A stretch of DNA of 64,000 nt from the human T2T-CHM13v2.0 reference genome, Homo sapiens (GCF_009914755.1 NC_060932.1), one strand, 5' to 3'. Numbered from the stretch's first letter, positions 29,337 to 42,589 are shown. Notes: generated from the sequence alone by a model not told the origin. Made by a program: numbers and translations.

Positions 29337-31133
29337 TCTACCAATCAGGGAACCAATATGGGGGTTCTACCAGCTGCTAAGTATGTCCATGCCAATTATA
29401 CATTCTGGCACTGGAGAGATGACCACAGGATGAGTCTGGGGACCCGCTGAACCCACTGTATGTCAGATATAGCTAAAACTCCATTAATTACCTGACCTCC
29501 ATAAGCCCCTACTTTAACTGGAGGACCACAATGACGTTTTGGGTCACCTGGAATCAATGTCAGCTCAGAACCAGTATCCAGTAGTCACTGAAATGTCTGA
29601 TCATTTTCCTTTCCCCAATGCACAATTACCCTGGTAAAAGGCTGGAGGTCTCCTTTGAGAAGGATGGGAGAGAGATTCACTGCATAAATTGTCAATAATG
29701 TAGTGGGGTCTTTCCTCAAGGGGACCTGGCCTCCTCTTCATTCAAGGGGTTCTGGGTCTGTAAACTGGCTCAAGTCTGGAAATTGATTGAGGGGCCCTGA
29801 TTCTCTGTTTTTATAATTCAAATTAGTCTTTTGTCCATTTGACCTAGAAGTTTTCTCCTTGTATAAATTAAGCAGGAATGCAGTAGGCTCCCTATCAATT
29901 TCACTTCTAGGAGCACTGTGATTAATTAGCCAATGCCAGAGCTCTACATGAGTCAGACTATTCTGATTGCTCTTTTGTCTCTGCTGTCCATTACAGTAGC
30001 CACACCAACCTTGTTTCTGATAGTCGAGTGCCACCACTAGGCTTCTGCTACCTCATGATCCAATTTTTCCCATTGTATTTAGATTTTATAGTTGAGTGAC
30101 TGTGGTTCCCACTGTTAGATCTGACATACAGAGAGGAGCTTATGCCATATCCTTAATATTCATTCCCATGCCTGTTCTCCAGATTTCTGTTTATATAAAT
30201 TATAGAACTCAAGCAGTTCTTTTCGAATGTAGCACACCTTCTCATGGGTCAACCTCATCTCTCGAAGCCTACTAGGACTTGAGTCTGGTTATAGGTCTAG
30301 AAGCAAACGGGGTATTGGGGTGGCTCCTGAGGAAAATCAACATTATTTTGCCTGGCAATTGCCTCAGGGGAGGCCATCACTGTTGCTTCAGGCAGCACAG
30401 AGTTTATCTCCTCAGGCAAAGGTGGAAAGACTGATGGCGGGATGAATCGGGGAGGAGATGCTGCCTCTACTGAGGATGGGGAAGGTGTTCTCTCTGGCAA
30501 AAAAGGTTCATCAGAGTTTGCAAACTCAGTGTCCCCAGGTCCATCAGGGTCCTCCCACACATCCCCATTCCAAGTTGCAGGGTCCCATTCTTTTCCAATC
30601 AATGCCCTCACTTTAACAATAGACACCTGGCAAGGCCATGCGTGCATCTTTCGTTGCTGGTCAGCCACTCGCATAATAAGAGCTTGAGTCTGTCTTTCCA
30701 CAATTTCAGCTCTTTCTCTACAGGCGATAAGACTCTCAGGGCAGTCTTAGCAGATTTGAGGCTCAGTATCTGCTTTTGAAGCTGGAGGACAGAATCCTCA
30801 AGTTCATCATTTTCTTTCATCACTTTGTTCACTGAACTTAGGAGCAACCAACCAGCTACATTATATTCCTTGGTTCTCCACATATGGTCAAAAGTATTAT
30901 GTATAGAGTCACTAAACACTAAATTTCTTGCCTCTCATGAGCAGTGAATCAGAAGTGTCAAATGCATTTATTTTGCATAACTCTCTAAACAGTTTATGCC
31001 AAGTACTATCAGCGTTCTCTATACTATTAGAAGTAGAGTCCTTAGTATTTTTGGGTCTATTCATAAGCAGCCAACTCCAGAAACCCCAAAACCAATGAAA
31101 GAACTTTATCCTTAATATTCTGTTCCTCTGTTC

Positions 31134-31136
<3 letters not shown>

Positions 31137-31182
<46 letters not shown>
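31137..31182. repeat. (TA)n microsatellite at the broken end of the HERV-L 5' LTR
   Basis: Uninterrupted TA run of about 45 bp. Confidence 0.95.
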
Positions 31183-31185
<3 letters not shown>

Positions 31186-32216
31186 TTTATTAAGTATTTA
31201 CTTACACAATCACAAGATCCCACAGTAGCTGTCTGCAAGCTTGAGGAACAAGGATAGCCAGCCTGAGTCTCAAAACTGAAGAACTTGGAGTCCAATGTTT
31301 GAGGGCAGGAGGTATTCCATGCAGAAATATGTAGGCTGGTAGGCTAGGCCAGTCTCTCTCTCTTTCATGTTTTTCTCCCTGCTTTATATTCCCTGGCAGC
31401 TGATTAGATTGTGCCCACCAGATTAAGGGTGGATCTGCCTTCCCCAGCCCACTGACTGAAATGTTAATCTCCTTTGGCAACACCCTCACAGACACACCCA
31501 GGATCAATACTTTGCATCCTTCAATTCAATCAAGTTGACATTCAGTATTAACCATCACAGGTATATACTATCAATGTGATTTATGATTATTGGTATTGAC
31601 CCTGGACACATAGCTAAAACAGTGTTTGTTATGTTTCTTTACTGTAATCTGTTTTCTTTTCCATTGTCTATGCTGTAAACTTTCTGTGAAAAGCCCTATG
31701 AAAAGCCAACATTTATGGAGTGGGAAGCTAGGCTTCCCATTTTATGGGATGGATTATCTTAATAAATTATTTGGATTATTTTCTGCAGGAAAGATTTGTC
31801 TTTTCTCTGACATTTATTAATTTATTCAAACATTTATGCCAATATGGACTGATATTTATTTTATACTGTGAGTTACGATACAACACTCTTTGATATATTG
31901 TTGCTCAGATTGTTTCAGCTTCAGCTATTGGGAACTTTTATAGCAGTTGGCTCCCTTTGACATAGATCTACAATGTATATGGTGTTTCTGGTTTGGGTTT
32001 TTAATAAATTTTTTTGCGTGCACTTTTTTACTCTCTGGCATTACAAAATGCTCCAGGCTTATCTTGTATAGTTCCTTTCCTGGCCTAGAATTAGCCATTT
32101 ATCCAAGTATCTCTGTTTAATTTTATTTATTTTTATTTTTTGAGAATGGTTTTAGAAACCAAGATCTGGACACTACCTGTGCTCAATTACTGGACTGCTG
32201 TTTCTTCTGGGCCCTC

Positions 32217-34439
32217 TGATATGGTTTATTTGTATCCCCACCCAAATCTCAACTTGAATTTTATATCTCAGAATTTCCATTTGTTGTGGGAGGGACCCAG
32301 GTGAAGGTCAGTGAATAAGTCTCATGAGATCTGATGGGTTTATCAGGGGTTTCTGCTTTTTCTTCTTCCTCATTTTCTCTTGCTGCCACCATGTAAGAAG
32401 TTCCTTTAACCTCCCACCATGATTCTGAGGCCTCCCCAACCATGGGGAATTGTAAGTCAAATTAAACCTCTTTTTCTTTCCAGTCTCGGATATGTCTTTA
32501 TCAGCAGCATAAAAATAGACTAATATAGTAAATTGGTACCAGTAGAGTGGGGCGTTGCTGAAAAGATACCCAAAAATGTGGAAGTGACTTTGGAACTGGG
32601 TAACAGGCAGAGGTTGGAACAGTTTGGAGGGCTCAGGAAAAGAAAGGAAAATGTGGGATTTGTTGAATGGCTTTGACAAAAATGCTGATAGTGATATGAA
32701 CAATAAGGTCCAGCCTGATGTGGTCTCAGATGGAGATGAGGAACTTGTTGGGAACTGGAGCAAAGGTGATTCTTGTTATGTTTTAGCAAAGAGACTGGTG
32801 GCATTTTGCCTCTGCCCTAGAGATTTGTGGAACTTTTAACTTGAGAGAGATGATTTAGGGTATCTGGCAGAAGAAATTTCTAAGCAGCAAAGCATTTGAA
32901 AGGTGACTTGGGTGCTGTTAAAAGCATTCCATTTTAAAAGGGAAACAGAGAATAAAAGTTCAGAAAATTTGCAGCCTGACAATGCAGTAGAAAAGAAAAA
33001 CCCATTATTTTGAGGGGAAATTCAAGCCAGCTGCAGACATTTGGATAAGTAGCAAGGAGCCTAATGTTAATCCCCAAGACCATGGGGAAAATGTGTCCAG
33101 GCCATGTTAGAGACCTTCATGGCAGCCCCTCCCATCACTGGCCTGAAGACCCAGGAGGAAAAGGTGGTTTTGTGGGCCAGGCCCAGGGTTCCCATGCTGT
33201 GTGCAGCCTAGGGACTTGGTGTGCTGTGTCCCAGCCACTCCAGTCATGGCTGAAAGGAGCCAATGTAGAGCTCAGGCTATGGCTTCAGAGAATGAAAGCC
33301 CCAAGCCTCAGCAGCTTTCATGTGGTCTTGAGCCTGTGGGTCCACGGAAGTCAAGAATTGAGGTTTGGGAACCTCCACCTAGATTTCAGAAGATGTATGG
33401 AAGTGCATGGATGCCCAAGGAAAAGTTAGCTGCAGGGGTGGGGCCCTCATGGAGAACCTCGGCTAGGGCAGTACAGAAGGGAAATGTGGGGTTGGAGACC
33501 CCACACAGAGTCCGTACTGGAGCACTGCCTAGTGGAGCTGTGAGAAGAAGGTCAGCATCCTCCAGACTCCAGAATGGTGGATCCACCGACAGCTTGCACC
33601 ATGTGCCTGGAAAAGCTACAAACACTCAATGCCATACCATGAAAGCAGCTGGGAGGGAGGCTGTACCCTGCAAAGCCACAGGGGTGGAGCTGCCCAAGAT
33701 CATGGGAAACTATGTCTTGCATCAGTGTGACCTGAACGTGAGACCTGGAGTCAAAGGAGATCATTTTGGAGCTTTAAAATTTGACTGCCCCACTGGATTT
33801 CAGACTTGCATGGGGCCTGTAACCCCTTTGTTTTAGTCAATTTTCCCATTTGGAATGGCTGTATTTACCCAATACCTATATCCGCATTGTATCTAGGAAG
33901 TAGCTAGCTTGCTTTTGATTTTACAGGCTCATAGGTGGAAGGGGCTTGCCTTCTCTCAGATGAGAGTTTGTACTGTGAACTTTTGGGTTAATGCCGAAAT
34001 GAGTTAAGACTTTGGGGGACTGTTGGGAAGGCATGATTGGTTTTGAAACATAAGGACATGAGATTTGGAGGGGTCAGGGGTGGAATAATATGGTTTGGCT
34101 GTGTCCCCATGTAAATCTCAACTTGAATTGTATCTCTCAGAATTACCAAATGTTGCGGGAGAGACCCAGGGTGAGGTCATTTAATCATGGAGGCCGGTCT
34201 TTCTTATGCTATTCTTGTGATAGTGAGTAAGTCTCATGAGATGTGATGGGTTTATCAGGCATTTCCGCTTTTGCTTCTTCCTGATTTTCTCTTGCCGCTG
34301 CCATGTAAGAAGTGCCTTTTACCTCCTGCCATGATTCTGAAGCCTCCCCAGCCATGTGGAGCTGTAAGTCCAATTAAACCTTTTTTTCTTCCCAGTCTTG
34401 TGTATGTCTTTATCAGCAGCATGAAAATGAACTAATATA
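32217..34439 (+). mobile_element. Complete THE1A MaLR element (LTR-internal-LTR)
   Basis: LTRs 32217-32527 and 34086-34439. Internal region begins gtaaattggtaccagtagagtgggg; purine tract precedes the 3' LTR; 5-bp TSD CCCTC (32212-32216 and 34440-34444). ORF 33201-33836 is the MaLR internal ORF remnant. Confidence 0.92.
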
Positions 34440-35639
34440 CCCTCTCAGCTGACAAAGCATAGATATATGAGTATGTGCTAAGTCATTTATTTATATATAT
34501 CCATAAATATTACACTATGTAACCATCTTTTAGTATACTCAGATTAAACTAATATGTTTAACTCTAATCAATTACCACATGGATTATTCTAGCCTCCTCC
34601 CCTTGCTTTCCTCCAACACTGAGAAACCTGCAGCCATCCACCAGGCTTTTACTTAATTGTTCAAAGTCAATGTAGATATGTAGCAGTATTAAAATTGTTA
34701 ACACCTACCTTCATGGGGAACAGCTTTATCTACTAGAGCCCTGTCCTTATGTCCAGTTCTTTTTGCTTTTAGTCTTATGAAATCCACTTATTTCTAAAGT
34801 TACTTAAGTCAGCACTTTTACCTCTATCTTCAGAGTTTCATACATTTGTAATATACTTAGATTCATTTGTCAGAGTTTGCATTCCTTCCTAATAACCTTC
34901 TAAATTTTTATTTTTTAAATTTGCAAAAATTATAGTTCTTTTTGTTTTGTAAATCTTTATGAGTATCGACAAGTGCATAATGTCATATATACACCAGTGT
35001 AATATACAGAAATATTTCACTGCTGTAGAAAACCCCTGTGCTTCACATATTTATCCCCTCCCCTGCCACCAAGCCCTGGTGTCTTTTTATTGGCTTTTTA
35101 TTGACTCTATAGTTTTTGCTTTTTCCAGGATGTCATATAATTGGAATCATGCCATATGTATCCTTTTCAGATTTGATTGCTTCACTTAGAAATCTGCATT
35201 TCAGGTTCCCCCAAATCTTTTTGTATTTTGATAGCTCATTGAATGTATGTGTCACAGTTTGTTTATACCTTAACCTATTAAAGGATATCTTGGATGCTTC
35301 TAGGTTTTGGTCATTATCAATAAAGCTGCTATGCATATTTGCATACAAATTTTTAGGTAGACATAAGTTTTCAAATCAATTTGGTAAGTACCTAACAGCG
35401 TGATTTTTAGATCATATGTCAGTCTGCGTTTAGCTTTTTAAGCCAAGAAACTGCCAAATTGTCTTCCAAAGTGGCTGTTTCATTTTGCAGTCCCACAAAC
35501 AAAGAATAAGAATTCCTGTTTCTCTGAATCCTTTATAGCATTGGGCATTGTCAGATTTTAAGTATGTAGTGATATCTTGTTGTTTTAATTTGAAATCCCT
35601 TAATAACAAATTATATTGTATATATTTTTCATAGAAAAA

Positions 35640-36052
35640 TGTGATGATCAATTTTATATGTCAGCTTGGCTAAGCCACAGTACTGAGATATTTGGTCAAA
35701 CACTATTCTAGATGTTTCTCTGAAGGTTTTTTTTTTTTTTTTTATAAAATCAACATTTAAATCAGAACACTTTGAGTAAAACAGATTGTCCTCCATAATG
35801 TGGATGCACCTCATGCAATCAGCTGAAGACCTTAAGAAAAAGACTGAGCTCCCCAAGGAAGAGGAAATTCTGCCAGCAGACTACCTTCAGACTTGAACTG
35901 CAACTGTTCTCTGGGTCTCCAGCCTCCTAGGCTGCCTTGCAGATTTTGTACTTGCCAGCCTCTACAATAGTGTGAGGCAATTACACATGTACACACACAC
36001 ACACACACATATCCTGTTGGTTCTGTTTCTCTGGAGAACACTGACTAATACA
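35640..36052 (+). mobile_element. MLT2 (MLT2B/D-like) solo LTR
   Basis: TGTGATGATCAATTTTATATGTCAGCTTGGCT...(CA)n...ctgtttctctggagaacactgactaataCA. Confidence 0.8.
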
Positions 36053-37303
36053 ATAATTAGCTATCTGTCCCAGTGATAAACATGAAAAATAATGTAATAA
36101 TTTATTGGTAAACCTGGGTCAGTTTGAGTGACAATGACACTTAGACGTTCATTATAGCACATTTTTTCCTTATCAGTGTTAATAGCTCTTGTTTTATCTT
36201 TGTTTGTTTAGTATCTGACACTCATGTTCATCCTGGTTTAAACTCAGATATTCACAGACTCCTATCACAGTTTTAGAGAAAGAATATCCTTGGTGGTTCT
36301 TAATTTATGGGACTTGTAATTTTCTTTAGAGATACCAGAAGTAATTACTATAAAGTTCAAGAGCAATTTTTTATTAGGAAAAATGTTTCGTGACATTACC
36401 TAATGCTGTCCGTTAATGTAATACTGTAAAATACCTAATTCTATTTGACTTTAAGGCAGAATGATGAAAAAGAAGAATTAGGAACTGAGAGGTAAACCAG
36501 AGAATGTCTTTCGGATCCCTATTTTATTGTGTGGCCTTCGGTAAATTTCTGTGTCTATGGGTACTCCAGCTTCTTCACTTGTTTACATGCTATAATGGTT
36601 ATTTTTATGCATCAACTTTACAGGGACAATGGGTGCCCATATATTTGCCTAAACATTATTCTGGGTTTGTCTGTATGAGGTCTGTTCCTAAATTTATTTA
36701 TTTGCTTGTGGATACATAGTTGTTGCAGCACCATTTGTTGAAAAATACTCTATTTTCTTTATTATGTTGCCTTTGCTTCTTTGTCAAAGATTAGTTGATT
36801 ATATTTATGTAAGTCCATTTCTGGGCTCAAATTCTGTCCCACGGACAGCTTTCTTTATTCTTTTGCCAATACCACATTGTCTTGATTACTGTAAATCTTG
36901 AAGTCACATAGTGTCAATCCTTTAACTTAGTTCTTCTCATTCAATATTGTGTTGGCTATTCATCTTTTGTCCCCTATATAAACCTTGGAATCAGATTTTT
37001 GATATCTACATAATAACTTGCTGGGATTTTTATTAAGGTTGCCTCAAGTCTATAGATCAAGTTGGGAAAAACGGACCATTTGTCAATATTATCTTCGTAT
37101 CTATGAACATAGTATATCTCTCCACTTATTTAGTTCTTCTTTGATTTTTTTCATCAGTTTATGACCTTACATGTATTTTGTATAAATATGTATTAGATCA
37201 TATATATATTTTGTTAGATTTGTACCTAAGCATTTCATTTTTGTGGGTACTAATGTAAATGACATTGTGTTTTAATTTCAAATTTCATTTGTTCCTTGCT
37301 TAT

Positions 37304-37794
37304 CTGTTTTCCTGTTTAGAAAAAAAAATGCAGCTCACTGCCAGTGCTCATTTAATTCTGCATAAACACACTCTTTGAGGCTGAAACAAATCTGACTGAT
37401 CTTCAATATGAAAATAAAATGTAAAACCTGTTCTTGGATTTATTTCTAAACAGAGCTAACATCAGAATTGTCTATTTCAGAAAAATCAGATTCATCAAAT
37501 TATTCTTTGGCAAATTACAACTCAAGAACGATGTTAATATCGTGTGTAGGAATGCTATATTTTCTAGGATTTGACATTTTCAGTGATTGAGATATACTAT
37601 ATTTTCTAAGTGGAAATACCACTACTAAAAAGAGAATGCAATAAATAGAATGATGTCTTTTGTTTCCAAAGCTGATATACTCGAATGATGTGAAAATAAT
37701 AAAAGCAAGATACTTTGTGGCAAAGTTAGCTTGGAGTAAACGCTGCAGCTGCAAACCCCACTGGTGAATATTCTTTGGGCAAATGAGAAAAGGA
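37304..37794 (-). mobile_element. MER75 non-autonomous piggyBac element
   Basis: The reverse complement matches recalled MER75 (ccttttctcatttgccc...ctgcagcgtttac...ctttggaaacaaaagacatcattc...ctaaacaggaaaa). Flanked by TTAT on both sides. Confidence 0.85.
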
Positions 37795-37969
37795 TTATAT
37801 ATAGGAAAGTGATTGACATTTGTATCTTAATCTTGTGTCCTGCAACTTTGTTATAAACACTTATTTGTTCCAGGAGTTTTAAAAGATTCATTTAGATTTC
37901 CTATGGAAATGATCGTGTCTTCTGTGAACAAAGACAGTTTTATTCTTCTTTCCCAATCTGTTTACCTTT

Positions 37970-40900
37970 TTTAGAAAAAGAAAATTTGGATTCAGGGATT
38001 ACATGTGCAAGTTTGTTATGTAGGTATATTGTGTGATTCTGAGGTTTGGGGTATGGATGGTCCCATCACCCAGGTAATGAGGATAGTACCCAGTATGTAA
38101 TTGTTCAGCCAGTCTCCTCCTTCCTTCTGCTCTCTAGTAGTCTCCAGTGTCCATTGTTTCCATCTTAATGTTCCTGTGTATTCAATGTTTAGCTCCTACT
38201 TATAAGTGAGAACATGTGGTATTTGGTTTTCTGTGCCTGCATTAATTTGTTTAGGATAATGGGCTTTAGTTGAATCCGTGTTTTTTCAAGGAACATGATT
38301 TTGTTCTTGTTTATGACTGTATGGTATCCCATGATGTATATGGAACCACATTTTCTTTATCCAGTCCACCACTGATGGACATGTAGGTTGATTCCACATC
38401 TTTATTATTGTGAATTGCACTGAAATGAACATACAAGTGCATGTATTTTTTGGTAGAATAAATTAGTTTTTCTTTGGATATGTACCAAATAGTGGGATTG
38501 CTGGAGGTAATGGTAGTTCTGTTTTAAGTTCTTTGAGAATTCTTTAAACTTCTTTCCACAATGACAGAAATAATTTACATCCCCACCAACAATGTATAAA
38601 TGTTTCCTTTCTCCACAGCCTCACCAGTATCTGTTATTGTTTGACTTTTTTATCATAGCTATTCTGACTGGTGTGAGATATTATTCCATTGTGGTTTTGA
38701 TTTGCATTTCTCTGATGATTAGTGACACGGAGAACTTTTTCATATGTTTGTTGGCCGTGTGCGTATCTTCTTTTGAGAAGTGTCTACTCATGCCTTTTGT
38801 CTATTTTGAAATAGGATTGTTTTTTGTTTTTTGATTTGTTTAAGTTCCTTATAGTTTCTGGATGTTAGACCTTTGTCGGATGCATAGTTTGCAAATACTT
38901 TCTCCCATTCTGTTGGTTGTCTGTTTGCTCTGTTGATAGTTTCTTTTGCTATGAAGAAGCTATTTAATTAGTTAAATAGGAGTCACTCTTGCTCAATATT
39001 CTGGAACAGTTTTACCAGCATTGGCACAAGTTCTTCTTTGTATGTCTACTAGAATTCAGCTGTGAGTCCATCTGGTTCAGGGCTTCTTTTGGTTGGTAGG
39101 TTTTTTTTTTATTATTATTAGTGATTCAGTATCAGTGCTTGTTATTGGTCTTTTCCAATTTTCACTTTCTTCCTGGTTCAGTTTTGGGAGTTTGTTTCAA
39201 GAAATTTATCCATTTCATCTAGATTTTTGAATTTTTGCACATGTAGGTGTTCATAGTAGTCTCTGAGGAACTTTATATTTCTGTAGGATCAGTTTTAATG
39301 CCATTTTTGTTATTTCTGATTGCATTTATTTGGATCTTCTTTTTTCTTTGTTAATCTAGCTACTGCCTATCAATCTGGTTTATTCCTTTAAATAACCAAC
39401 TCTTGGTTTCATTGATCTATTTCATGGCCTCAATTTCGTTAAGTTCTTCTCTAATTTTAGTTATTTATTTTCATCTTTTAGCTTTGAGGTTGGTTTGCTC
39501 GTTTGTGTTTTCTAGTTCCTCTAGGTGTCATGTAAGTTGATATTATTCTAACTTCTTTATGAAGGTGTTTAGCACTATAAACTTTCATCTCAACACAGAT
39601 GGTCATCTTGTATCATATCTTGCAGGGCTTCTCTGTATTTCTTTAATGTGCATGTCAACCTCTCAGTCTCTAGTGAGATTGGTGAAATTTTCATGGACTG
39701 TATACTCAAATGTTTTTCAAAGTGCCTACTCTCTCTCCTTCTCTCTCTGGAATGCCAATGAGTTGTAGATTTGGTCTCTTTACATAATCTCATATTTCTC
39801 AAAGATTTTATTTTCTAAAAATTCTTTTTTCTTTGTTTTTGTCTAACTGAATTGATTCAATGAACCCATCTTTGAACACTGAGTTTCTTTTGTCAGCTTG
39901 GTCCCTTCCGATGTTAATGCTTCTGACTGTATTTTAAAATTCTTGTAGAGAATTCTTTAATTACAGAATTTCATTTTAGTTCTTTCTTAAAATGGATATT
40001 TTGTTTTTCAGCTTCTGGATAGTTTTACTTGACTCCTTGGATTCCTTGGATTGGGTTTCAACTTTCTCCTGCATCTCAATGAGCTTCCTTACCATCCAGA
40101 TTCTGAATTCTATGTATATCCTTTCAGTCATTTCAATCTGGTTAAGAACCATTGCTTGGGGATATTGTGTTCATTGGGAGATAAAGTGACATTCTGGCTT
40201 TTTAAATTGTAAGAATTCTTGTACTGATTCTTTCTCATCTGAGAGGGCTGGTGTTCCTTTATGATGTAAGATGAATTAGAAACAGTTAGCTTTGTTTGTG
40301 GGTGTTTTCAGTTTGCTAAATCTCTGTACCGGATCCTTTATATATGGCTGGATTTTTGCGATAGGTTTCACAGGCTTTGTACACTGCCAAAATATGTTAT
40401 TTTTTTTAATTGAAGTAACACTTATTTTACTTAATAGCGAAATATTTTTGGTGTTGTAATTTGGGCTGAAATCCAGTAGATGGTGCTTAAGAGTAATGGC
40501 TGGCAGTTCTTAGGCAGCAATTTTGTATTTCAGCACATCCATAGTAGTGCTTTGTGATAGTGGGAAGAGAGAGACGATGCCCTCACCAGATCCACTACTG
40601 GGCATCAGAGGAGCCCCTCCCCAATCACTGGTGCCATACCCGTGTTTCCTTTGTTAGGTGTTCCAGGCCTGGGGACTTTCTCAGGCAGAGGTCACAGCTG
40701 GCAGACAGGCTATTCCCTTCCAGAGAAAGGAGGCATGCCCTGTTCCCTGGCCAGCCCACAAACCAGGTCATCTCACCTCTCTGTGTTCTGAGAATGGAGG
40801 CTCCTCCCCTGCATGGGCACCACCCAAATGGGCAAGTCTTGCCTGCTAGGAGCAGTGGCAGGGTGAGGTGGGGGGCAGTCACACAATCTGCTGCCTAGGT

Positions 40901-41625
40901 GTTTCCCAGGGGAACACAGAGCTGTGCCCACCTGCAGCGTTCAAGCAGGGGTAGGGCCACTCTGCTGGAAGCCCAAGCCTGTGAGTCTGTCCCAGCTAGT
41001 TAGCAGCAGCAGGAGTGGGTGGAGTGGCACAGACTGACCTCCAGGTCTTTCCTGGGGGAACAGAGAGCTGTGCCTGTTGGCGGAGTTCATGAAGGGGTGG
41101 GGCTACTTTGCTGGAAGCAGGAGCTGAGCCTTGTCTGGCAAGAAGTGGAGCAGTCTGACTGCTTCCTGGCACCATGACTATGGCCTCCATCAGGGCTATG
41201 GCAGCTGGTTTTGGGCTGCCCAGGGATACAAGACCTGTGAGGCTTCCTGTGATTTTGAGTGGTGCCTCTGCAAAAAACTCCATGTGGATCTCTGTATCTG
41301 TCTAGAGGTCCAGGGGGCTAAAACTGGTTCTCTCATTCCCAGGATTGCACAGGTCCCTGTAGGGCATGTGAATCATCTGGGGATTCTTACTCCCTCACCC
41401 CTTTCCTGTGTTAGGGAGCTTCTCTTGGCTCCATGCTGGTCCCAGGTGGGTGACTGCCCAACATCGCTCGTCTCTGTTGTCTATGTCCCCTGGCTCCCTT
41501 GATCAATCCTAACATGATTTCTTAAGTGATCTACTTTAAGAGTTAGTATTTACTTTCCAGTTTGTTTCCTCTCCATGAGAGTGGCACACACTAGCTGCTT
41601 CTAGTCAGCCATTTTGAACTTCCCC
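37970..41625 (-). mobile_element. Primate L1 (L1PB/old L1PA-type) retaining both ends, with two large internal deletions
   Basis: 3' UTR/ORF2 end ~37970-38965, mid-ORF2 ~38980-39595, ORF1 ~39600-40300, 5' UTR to 41625 (ggggaagttcaaaatggctgactagaagcagct on the minus strand). Confidence 0.8.
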
Positions 41626-42589
41626 TGTGTGTTCGAACTTTACTGTGTGTGCCTTATTTTCTTGTCTTATTACATTAACTAGTACATTTTCCAGTCCTTG
41701 TTCTCTTTGCTTTTCAGTTTTTGAACATTCTATCGATATATCCTGAAGTACAAAGATTCTTTTCTGAGCTATATCCAGTCTACTAATCAGTCCATCAATG
41801 GCATTTTAAAATTTTCTGTTATGGTTGTTTTTGATCCCTAGCATTTCCTTTTGGTTCATCCGTAGATTTCCATCTCTCTGCTAACATCACCCATCTGTTC
41901 TTGTGTGCTATCTACTTTATCTGTTAGAGTCCTTAGTATGTTAATCATAGTTGTTTTAAATTACTGGCCTGATAGTTCCAACATCCTTTTCATGTTTGGT
42001 TTTGATGCTTGCTATGTCTCTTCAAATTGCTTTTTTTGTCTGTTTCTTTTTTTGTATTTTGGTATGCCTTGTAGTTTTATGTTGATAGGCAGACATCGTG
42101 TACTGGGTAAAAGGAACTACAGTAAATAGGCCTTTAATAATGTGGTGTTATGATGTGGGGGAGGGGAATCATTGTACTGTGCTATGATTATGTATTAGTC
42201 TTTTAGTAAACTTATGCCTCTGACTGTTATCTTCACAAGTGTTTCTCAGCTTGCCACCCATCCTATCCCAACCCTTAGGTGGAACAGGATTACTAGAGTG
42301 GACTAGAGTTGGGTATTTCCCTTCTCACCGGTAAGTTAGGCTCTAAGAATAGCCCAGCAAATCAGGCTCTGGTAAACTAATTCTCTTGAGGGCAGGCCTT
42401 GTTAAGAACAGAGCGCTCTGATGTATTAGTATTTAAACATGGTTTCATTTTTCCTCTCCCTGCCCAAAGCATGAGGGGATTGTTCTCTGATATTTACTGT
42501 GAGAATTTGATTTCTCTCCTGGAGTTAAATCTTACAGCACTGTGTTCCCCTTCCCACCATGACAGGGTCCCCCTGGAGTTTTTGTTTGT

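Larger units (their letters stand above)
24688..31559 (-). mobile_element. HERV-L (ERVL) provirus with two MLT2A1-type LTRs, degraded gag-pro-pol-dUTPase, no env
   Basis: LTRs at ~24688-25630 (interrupted) and ~31137-31559. Minus-strand fragments: gag (KEWDPATWNGDVWEDP), protease LLDTGS (~29560-29590), RT ([27 protein letters not shown]), RNase H (WFTNGSA), integrase (HHPEAAGLIERWNG), dUTPase. Possible TSD GGTAT at 24687-24691 and 31560-31564. Confidence 0.93.

Noticed and set aside
25631-31136. HERV-L as an intact or domesticated retroviral gene
   Set aside because: Multiple stops and frameshifts in gag, protease, RT and integrase; the longest fragments are about 134 aa.
33064-33836. 121-aa and 211-aa ORFs as a novel gene
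   Set aside because: They lie wholly inside the THE1A internal region and are remnants of the MaLR internal sequence.
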